From a virus, in the IMG/VR virus record IMGVR_UViG_3300036978_000319, positions 1 through 64,000 of that record: DNA of 64,000 nucleotides; one strand, written 5' to 3'. The notes beneath the pieces are model-generated. The model worked only from the letters and a program-made list of their open reading frames with translations, had not been told where the DNA came from and made no database searches. Shown here piece after piece: positions 56,544 to 64,000 of the stretch (position 1 is its first letter; every line of letters begins with the position of its first letter). The translations under genes were made by a program, and so were the position numbers.

Positions 56544-59500
56544 ATGGCAGAGAGACTGCTGGACAAAGCATCATACGGTCTGGTCAGGACAAACCCTAAG
56601 CTTACAACTAACATAAAGGTTGTTACTAATGGGAATGACATCTACCTGGAGTCGTTCAGTGCTAACACAGAGCTGTCTTCATCTCGCTTTAAGGCATTTA
56701 AGGTTGATGCCGGTTCTACTTATGATCAGGATCTCTATCGCTTCTATCAGAACGGCAGCTTCCCAACTGACATTGCATACCAGGTCTATCAGCAATTCCA
56801 AGACACTGCGGTGCTGTCTTCATACGACAGCCAATATGAAATGTTTTATAGTGCAGGAGCACAATCAATTAATTCAGAATCATACATAGAAGATCTAGGC
56901 ATACTAGCACCACTTTGGCTAAATGAGCAGATTCCTAACTATTTTGTTGTCTTTAGGCTTGACAATCCAGCCGCGGTCAATAATCTAAATGCATTAAGTG
57001 CAAGTAGTGGAGAGACTGATGCTCAAACTGCAGCTAAGTTTAGCGAGTTTGTGCTAGAGAACTGCACGGCAATAAAAACATTTGACCTAACCAGTAACAC
57101 TGGGCTAGGTCGTTACATTAGGAACTATCGCTCACAAAAAGACTTTCCTATTGCGCCTATTACGGCCACGTGGAGAAGAGATGAACCCTTTCAGTGGAAT
57201 GGCATTTCTCTAACAAAGGGAGGTTTCTCCAGCGGAGGAAGCTTTTCTTATGAGGACCTCGTATCCCGGGATGCCACTATTATGCAGAATGAGTACTTCT
57301 TTACACAAGGCTTTCAGCGTAATGGTATTGTTTTGGCTAATTTGCTTAATATGCAGTTTCTATTCAGTGATGAATATGCGCCAGAGTACTCTCTTAATAG
57401 GTACTTTGGTCTATATGTCAATGATGTAGCTGAGGGTAACTTTGATCTATCGGGAGAAGCTTTCTATAAAGGTATTGAGTCCATGCAGACTCCGCGTATC
57501 ACAACAGTGACACAAGTATCGGATGAGCTAAATAGTGAACTCTTCTTAAGTAACCCTCGCGGTGTTCTTATCTATGTTGACCCAGCTACTGTTGAAACAC
57601 AGACTGGTTTGCCGACACCAGCTCGTGTTAACGAAGTTGAGTCCATCTTTTATGTAAAGGATAAGAAGGGTGTATTTCATACCGTGAAAAGAGGAAGTCG
57701 CTGGGGGGTAAACCAGATAAGGCTCTTTGATAAGAAGATTGACATTTCCCTACTTACCGGCTATAAGCAGCCTGACTCTTTCGCAAGTGCACAAGTTGTA
57801 CCAGGGCTATCTCGCGCTGCATCCAGTCTTACCATACTTGATGAAGTGACTCCGGGCGTGACTATAACATTCTTTGACAGTGGAATACAAGTAGGACAGG
57901 TTGCAGCCGAAGTGACCCTAACGGCTGGACCTGGGACAAATAATGGTGCCTTTTTTAATCCTACGGGAACTCTGCCGGAGATTGCAAAGGCTCTTGCCAC
58001 TGCTATCAATCAAGGCATACCTAAAGACAACAGATACTTTGAGGCTACATATAGTGATGACACTGTTTATGTAAGAAGCCTTTTTGGTGGTAGCCGTTTC
58101 AATCGAATAAGTTTTGCGATTGACTGGGTGTCATATCCCAGTGCACAATTATCATCATACCCAGAAACCAGCCTAGCTAATCCAAGTGCAAACTTTGTAG
58201 GTGGTGGTGACTTTATGGGAGGGCAGCTTAAAGTGGCTATTGGTGACCAGGCTAGGTTTAAGCCGGGCAACTTTGTTAAGACTAAGGGAGGATTTGCTAA
58301 GATAGGTCCCTATATACCCTATCTTGAGCTACCTATTAGAGATGCATTAGGCAGGATCATTGGCTATCGTGAGGTTGATGAATTTGTGATTGTGACAGTT
58401 GAGACCGACCAGGTTCTCCTAACAGGATCCAGCCAGGCCGCTCTTTACAGCAACTTTAAGCCAGAGTTTGGTCGATTCTCATTCTTTCCAGTAAGAGACT
58501 TTGATTATGACTTTTATAGTGACCTGTATAGCCAGGATGGAGAGCTCCTATATGAAATTGCATACTATAATGCGGTAAGTGCGCCTGGTCAATACATTGG
58601 TGTTGCAGCTAATCCTGACATACGAGACTTTTATGATGAGGGTGGATTTGCCACTCTAATTGGACTACTACGAGAGTCAAATCCTGACTTTGATTTTGAC
58701 ACTATTATTGCGAGTGAGTATTCTCGTCTTGAGGAAAACTATCTAAAGGAGCAGGCTGTTGCATCAAGAGTGATACCTTACATTAATAAGTGGGGCTATT
58801 TCAAAGATGGTCGTGATACACGGAATCATCCATATCGCCTTGACCTAAGTGAAGCATTTACACTTAACAACTTTGCACCATCCCGATATGATGCCAAGCA
58901 AAGTCCCTTTGGCTTTTCGCATGAATGGTCTTACCTATGTGAGTTCCCACCCTATTTTGGACAAGATGCCATTGAGGATAGTTGGAGCTATTTTGATACT
59001 GCACCTACTGATTCAGTTGAACCTAATCCCTTTACTGGATCTCCCTACATACCAGGTACATTTCAATCGGTAGTCAACAACTATTTTGATGAGTACTTTA
59101 TTGCTGATAAGTTCACTACAGGCAATCAGATCACTCTAATTGATAGGCAGCTTAGATACGGCCGATTTAGAGGTGGTGACCGTGATAACTTTGCCGAGGC
59201 ATTCTTACGCGGGGTCAGAGTCATTGCCAAGCCTAAAGCCTTGAATAGTCAAAGACAAAACTTTAATGCAGCCAGGCTAAGTTATGTTAGGAACAGCAGT
59301 TTTAATGACTATAAGTTTTCGTGTATGTTGGTTCCAAATGCGCCAGATAAGCCAAAGTCGCAGATAAAATTTGTTAAAAATGATAAATGGAAGACGGTTA
59401 CAATGCTTATCTTTGCCAGTCTTGATGAAGAGTGCATTAATGATGGACGCCAATACATTGACCGCACTAGCCTATATGCTCTATCAAACAGCTATGTATA

Positions 59501-61157
59501 TGACCCGCTAACATGCCAGCCCGTTATCACAACAGATGGCTCATACGAGTATAAGAATGGTATTATGCAAGGTGCAATCAGTCTGCAGAGTTCCAGCTCC
59601 AGCGGCGGATCATATCAAATCATAGGGCAGACTGACATTAATGGAGTTTCTACTAAGTTTACAAGAGATGTCACTATTGGACTAGATGGGCAGTACACGC
59701 CAATCCAATTCCAAATTGCCGGTGATACATATGTGATTTCACAGATCTCTCAGGTCATTAATGACTTTACTTTGATTGCTGGTGATGTTACACGAAATGG
59801 CAGTACTATAGCACTGCCTGATCCTGGAGCATCTACGATTGCACTCAAGCAGGCAACGTATGTTACTATAGGTGGAGGTGCTGGCACGTTTACAAGGGTA
59901 TTAGATAGTGTTTCTTTTGCCGAGATTGCGAACCAGGTGAATGTAGGCAGCCCTGACATCATATATGAAACAATCCAAGAGAATGGAGAACCTGTAAGAA
60001 ATCAGGACGGTACACTATCACAAACATTCTCAATTGAGCTACGAGCACAGGATGACATTATTAAGTCAGTTTACTTAGGTGTTCTGCCTGACCCAAATAA
60101 GCCGACTATCTTTAACCTAGTCAATGTGATTGGGTATGATCTTAGCCTACAGACTTCGCCACGTATCACTCCAATTGCTCGTCACTCCAACTATTATGAG
60201 CCTTATGCAAAAGACCTGTTCTTCTTTAGAGATCCCTATTTAGGGATTGACTTTAATAGTCCTACTGGCAGCACTGCGACAGACAGCACTGGTGGAGGCA
60301 TACCTGATGAAGACTATAAGTTAAGGGTACTTGCACTTATGCGCTATAAAAACACACAGTTCTATAGTGCTCACATTGGCTTTGGCCAGATAGAGAGAAT
60401 GTTCTATCATAAGGTAAATGTTGAAGATGCATCAAGTGTATTGGAACTCTCACAAGACAGTGCATTTCTTAGCCTATACCCTCTTATTAATGAGGTTGGT
60501 ATCGCATATCGTGACTTTTATGCCTTCTCTTCCAACTGGGAGCCTGGCTATTTTAGAAAGAGTATTGATAAGACACAGGTACAAAGTGTGATTGGGACAA
60601 GGTCAATGCTTGAAAAGAAGTCATTCTTTGGCAGTAAGTACTTAAAGGTACCTAGTGAAATCATATTAGAAACATTCATACCTAGCCCTTTTAGCGAAGA
60701 TGCAATTACCGACCCATCTCTCGTACCAGGAAACTTTATGTATGTTGAGAACCAGTCAACAGTGCAGTTCTATCTGTTCATTCAAAAGAGACTAATACAG
60801 GAGCTTGCACCCAACATAAAGGCAACACTGCAGCAGTATGTTAATCCGCTATATGGGTTTGGCAGTGAAGAAACTATTGATGATGATGTTTCACAGTACA
60901 TTATTCAAAACCTATTACAGCTCTATAAGGTTGACCGGATTGAGCTGTTTGTTAAGCAGTCTAGACTGGAACAACCTAATGACTATACAACCGCCGCACT
61001 CTCCAATGAAGAAAAGGCAATAGCAGGTCTTAGACTTACTGATGCATTCTCATCTAGACTCTTAAACACAAATCAGTTTGATACAAGGCTAATATATAAC
61101 AGGAGGCTAGGTTTCTCAGAATCCTTTGGGTTTAATATAGTCATAGTTAAAAAGTAA
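56544..61157 (+). CDS. very large structural protein
   Basis: 1537 aa, late cluster, GATAAATA upstream. Confidence 0.65.
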   Translation: MAERLLDKASYGLVRTNPKLTTNIKVVTNGNDIYLESFSANTELSSSRFKAFKVDAGSTYDQDLYRFYQNGSFPTDIAYQVYQQFQDTAVLSSYDSQYEMFYSAGAQSINSESYIEDLGILAPLWLNEQIPNYFVVFRLDNPAAVNNLNALSASSGETDAQTAAKFSEFVLENCTAIKTFDLTSNTGLGRYIRNYRSQKDFPIAPITATWRRDEPFQWNGISLTKGGFSSGGSFSYEDLVSRDATIMQNEYFFTQGFQRNGIVLANLLNMQFLFSDEYAPEYSLNRYFGLYVNDVAEGNFDLSGEAFYKGIESMQTPRITTVTQVSDELNSELFLSNPRGVLIYVDPATVETQTGLPTPARVNEVESIFYVKDKKGVFHTVKRGSRWGVNQIRLFDKKIDISLLTGYKQPDSFASAQVVPGLSRAASSLTILDEVTPGVTITFFDSGIQVGQVAAEVTLTAGPGTNNGAFFNPTGTLPEIAKALATAINQGIPKDNRYFEATYSDDTVYVRSLFGGSRFNRISFAIDWVSYPSAQLSSYPETSLANPSANFVGGGDFMGGQLKVAIGDQARFKPGNFVKTKGGFAKIGPYIPYLELPIRDALGRIIGYREVDEFVIVTVETDQVLLTGSSQAALYSNFKPEFGRFSFFPVRDFDYDFYSDLYSQDGELLYEIAYYNAVSAPGQYIGVAANPDIRDFYDEGGFATLIGLLRESNPDFDFDTIIASEYSRLEENYLKEQAVASRVIPYINKWGYFKDGRDTRNHPYRLDLSEAFTLNNFAPSRYDAKQSPFGFSHEWSYLCEFPPYFGQDAIEDSWSYFDTAPTDSVEPNPFTGSPYIPGTFQSVVNNYFDEYFIADKFTTGNQITLIDRQLRYGRFRGGDRDNFAEAFLRGVRVIAKPKALNSQRQNFNAARLSYVRNSSFNDYKFSCMLVPNAPDKPKSQIKFVKNDKWKTVTMLIFASLDEECINDGRQYIDRTSLYALSNSYVYDPLTCQPVITTDGSYEYKNGIMQGAISLQSSSSSGGSYQIIGQTDINGVSTKFTRDVTIGLDGQYTPIQFQIAGDTYVISQISQVINDFTLIAGDVTRNGSTIALPDPGASTIALKQATYVTIGGGAGTFTRVLDSVSFAEIANQVNVGSPDIIYETIQENGEPVRNQDGTLSQTFSIELRAQDDIIKSVYLGVLPDPNKPTIFNLVNVIGYDLSLQTSPRITPIARHSNYYEPYAKDLFFFRDPYLGIDFNSPTGSTATDSTGGGIPDEDYKLRVLALMRYKNTQFYSAHIGFGQIERMFYHKVNVEDASSVLELSQDSAFLSLYPLINEVGIAYRDFYAFSSNWEPGYFRKSIDKTQVQSVIGTRSMLEKKSFFGSKYLKVPSEIILETFIPSPFSEDAITDPSLVPGNFMYVENQSTVQFYLFIQKRLIQELAPNIKATLQQYVNPLYGFGSEETIDDDVSQYIIQNLLQLYKVDRIELFVKQSRLEQPNDYTTAALSNEEKAIAGLRLTDAFSSRLLNTNQFDTRLIYNRRLGFSESFGFNIVIVKK

Positions 61158-61163
61158 GTAGAG

Positions 61164-64000
61164 ATGCCAATTACAATTAGAGAAATACTTGCATCTGATA
61201 CCATATCAGGTGCAGCCGATAAGATCAATTTTAATTTTGATCAGCTCCTTCTCAATGGAGGAGGGCCCCCAGGACCTCCAGGACCTCCAGGACCGATAGG
61301 TCCTATTGGAGGCAGAGGCATTCGTGGAAGTGTATGGTACGAAGGGTTAGGTGATCCTAATTTAGTGCCACCTACTTTGACCCCAGAGGATGAAGATAAC
61401 TATCTACGAGGAGACGGTGATGTGTGGACATATAATGGTAGTACCTGGGTCAACACTGGTATTAGCCTGATTGGCCCTGTTGGCCCTGCTGGTGCTAGCG
61501 GTAAGTTTGCCGAATACCAGGGGCAGCCGGGAACATATTCAACGGCAGGTGATACTACCCTCTACCCGAATCTGATGACCCCTCCTCCGAGTGGAACATC
61601 CGGTAATGCAATCAATAAATTTATTAAGGCGGTGGTAATTGGGGGTCTGCCTGGCAATCTTCCAGGAGTTATTAACCCTAATCCTGTACCTGGACCGGAG
61701 GTGATAGATTCATCTCTTGCCGTACAAATAGTACAGCCTGACATTTCTCTCTTTGTACACCAATTTAACTCCTCAGGCGGAGGCATTAAGTTTCATGGTG
61801 GTGATGCCATTGTTGACAATTTTACCAACATTTTAGGTGAGTTGGCTGAAATTCGCCTGCTACGGGATGATAAACTCTCCATCAATGTCCCTAAGGCCGC
61901 GACTGCCCCAAGTAGTGTAACTGATGTGGATGGCCTAAGTGTGACTACTCCGCTTAGAGGTCAGCTTTATCAGTCTGGCAAGAGAATTCAGTTTCAAACA
62001 GGAGTTAGTACATCTGGCTATTCTTCAGGTGACACTAATGATTTTATTGTTGATGCGGCAAGATACGGCAGTGGTAGTAATCCTACCATTCAGCTAAATG
62101 TTCTTAGCAATACAAGTGCACCTACAGCCGCATTTCGCCTAGGCAACACTGGTACGTCTCCCTTACCACCGCAAACTGGAGATGCTCGCCTTGATGCTGG
62201 CCTAATCACACTAAGTGGAGCACAACAGACCAACATTTATGCAGGTACTACCTTACCTGCAGGTGCAACTGGACAGGTTACCATAGGTGCAAGTTCACAG
62301 ATTGTGATGAGAACTATTAACAGTGCTAGCACTGGGGCTATTAGTATAAGCACAGGCAATTCGACTACAGGTAGTATTTCTCTCTCAACTGGGACTACTT
62401 CAACAGGTAACATTGGGATTAGCACAAGTCCTGGTGCAGGCCGGGTTGACATCACCAGTGGTGCGACCAATACCGGTGGCTTCGGGGCAATTAACATGTT
62501 TACTGATGCAGCTAGCTTAGGTGATATCCAACTTAGAACAGGGAACATTTCATCAGGTAACATTACAATTAGTACATCATCAGGCTTCGGGCTGGTTAAC
62601 ATCAGAAGTAGAGCTGCAAATAGCGGTTCATTAGGAGCAATTAACATAGCCACAGATCCAACTAGTGCTGGTGACATTCTAGTTAGCACAAGTCTTGGTA
62701 CAGGCAGGGTTAACATTAACAGTGGTGCAATTAACTCAGGTGGTCTCGGCGCAATTAACCTAGTCACAGATTCGTCCAGTACAGGTAACATTGAGATTAG
62801 CACATCAGCAGGCACAGGTGATATCAATCTGACTTCCGGTGATGACGTCAATGTCGTGGCAACTGATGCCATTTTAATTGCAACTGACACTGGATCTGCT
62901 GGTAACATCACACTTACTACTGCAGCAGGCACAGGTGATATCATTGTTGTGGCAAATGATGCCATTGCAATTGCAACTGACACTGGATCTGCTGGTAACA
63001 TCACACTTACTACTGCAGCAGGCACAGGTGATATCAATCTGACATCCGGCGATGACGTCAATATCGTGGCAACTGATGCCATTGCAATTGCAACTGACAC
63101 TGGATCTGCTGGTAACATCACACTTACTACTCTTGGGACTGGAGATATCAATCTGACTTCCGGTGATGACGTCAGTGTCTTGGCATATAATGCCATTACG
63201 CTTAGTAATATAGGAGGTGTAGGAGGTGATATTGAATTATTAGCATTTGATGCTCTTAAGTTAAGGGCAGCCGATGATGTTGTAATCAATCATGGGAGTG
63301 GTGACCAAGTTACAATTCAACCTATCAGTGGAAATAGTGATGCCATTATAGAAATAAAGCCAGCTGGCACCAATACACGGTCTGATATTAACCTATTTGG
63401 CGATGCACTCGGTACAAAAAATCTACAGCTAAGATCAGATGGTGTTGCTGATGAGGGTCAAATTGGAGTATCGAATGGCATGAGCCTACGCTTATTCGGT
63501 GGAAATACTTTAGGCGATCAGGCCATAATTACAGCATATCGTAGTGGCAGTGATCTTACATCTGCACAGGATCCCTCTTTTAGGGTAAATGCTAATATCC
63601 ATTACAGCGGTGCCGGTGGCGGTGGTACAAAAGCCTTTGCTCGTGATGAATACCTATTTGCCAGTGGACGGTACACTCAATCTGGTGTTGGATTTTCAAT
63701 GGAAGTGCTCTGGCAAAAGGTAGGGAATGTGGTTAATATGAACGGTACCATAGTCAGGCCGTTGGCAAGTGCAACTGCGCGCACTGGATTTTTGTTACCG
63801 GTATTGGCAGATGGTCCATATAATGGTTATAGATTAAAGGGAAGTGCCCAGAGCAATGATATTAGTGCCTTAACTATTGATGACCGCATAACAAACATAC
63901 AATTGACAAGTTCAGGTGGATCACCTCAGTTTGAGTTTTCTGGGTCACCAGTGTCAGGACCATTCGGTGATACCTGGTCATTTACTGGAAGCTATTTATT
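61164..64000 (+). CDS. tail fibre protein with collagen-like and beta-repeat shaft (runs off window end; not in ORF track)
   Basis: MPITIREILASDTISGAADKINFNF, GPPGPPGPPGP, GxIxI repeats, ends ...WQKVGNVV...WSFTGSYL; frame read at start and end, not every codon checked. Confidence 0.8.
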   Translation, partial: MPITIREILASDTISGAADKINFNFDQLLLNGGGPPGPPGPPGPIGPIGGRGIRGSVWYEGLGDPNLVPPTLTPEDEDNYLRGDGDVWTYNGSTWVNTGISLIGPVGPAGASGKFAEYQGQPGTYSTAGDTTLYPNLMTPPPSGTSGNAINKFIKAVVIGGLPGNLPGVINPNPVPGPEVIDSSLAVQIVQPDISLFVHQFNSSGGGIKFHGGDAIVDNFTNILGELAEIRLLRDDKLSINVPKAATAPSSVTDVDGLSVTTPLRGQLYQSGKRIQFQTGVSTSGYSSGDTNDFIVDAARYGSGSNPTIQLNVLSNTSAPTAAFRLGNTGTSPLPPQTGDARLDAGLITLSGAQQTNIYAGTTLPAGATGQVTIGASSQIVMRTINSASTGAISISTGNSTTGSISLSTGTTSTGNIGISTSPGAGRVDITSGATNTGGFGAINMFTDAASLGDIQLRTGNISSGNITISTSSGFGLVNIRSRAANSGSLGAINIATDPTSAGDILVSTSLGTGRVNINSGAINSGGLGAINLVTDSSSTGNIEISTSAGTGDINLTSGDDVNVVATDAILIATDTGSAGNITLTTAAGTGDIIVVANDAIAIATDTGSAGNITLTTAAGTGDINLTSGDDVNIVATDAIAIATDTGSAGNITLTTLGTGDINLTSGDDVSVLAYNAITLSNIGGVGGDIELLAFDALKLRAADDVVINHGSGDQVTIQPISGNSDAIIEIKPAGTNTRSDINLFGDALGTKNLQLRSDGVADEGQIGVSNGMSLRLFGGNTLGDQAIITAYRSGSDLTSAQDPSFRVNANIHYSGAGGGGTKAFARDEYLFASGRYTQSGVGFSMEVLWQKVGNVVNMNGTIVRPLASATARTGFLLPVLADGPYNGYRLKGSAQSNDISALTIDDRITNIQLTSSGGSPQFEFSGSPVSGPFGDTWSFTGSYL
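62808..63180 (+). repeat. near-identical in-frame repeats within the tail fibre
   Basis: Three copies of ATTGCAACTGACACTGGATCTGCTGGTAACATCACACTTACTACT. Confidence 0.85.

Noticed and set aside
62237-63289. 350-aa minus-strand ORF
   Set aside because: Antisense shadow of the + strand fibre starting at 61164
1-64000. Stop-codon reassignment
   Set aside because: Long intact ORFs under the standard code; TAA, TAG and TGA all end genes at sensible boundaries

Overview
This 64 kb window looks like part of a large (jumbo-type) myovirus genome. It is densely coding, almost entirely on the + strand, and uses the standard genetic code. The host is probably Bacteroidota (inference: A/AC-rich leaders without Shine-Dalgarno sites, and TAnnTTT-type promoter elements). 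The left part (1-22.8 kb) is an early/accessory region. It holds small ORFs, two arrays of QV/RV-tetrad mini-genes flanking about 1.9 kb of non-coding repeat DNA, a truncated sigma70, a RadA/Sms-like ATPase, a DUF932-like protein, AAA ATPases, a HAD phosphatase, DnaJ, an ATP-dependent ligase and a dCMP deaminase. Six copies of a rigidly spaced tripartite promoter-like element punctuate this region. An AT-richer 3.6 kb island bounded by direct repeats carries a YkuD-like cell-wall enzyme, a GAF-PAS-PAS histidine kinase, a single-domain response regulator and a two-TM protein. The right part (22.8-64 kb) is late/structural. It begins with a 1798-aa Cys-rich 15-residue-repeat fibre followed by a GT9-like glycosyltransferase and a sulfotransferase. 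T4-like tail/baseplate genes follow, interrupted by ribosomal protein S1 and an amidoligase, then large structural proteins and a fibre cut by the window end. A GATATATA/GATAAATA motif precedes late genes. No tRNA, rRNA, CRISPR array, integrase or reverse transcriptase was recognised. All functional calls come from motif recognition by eye, with no database search.
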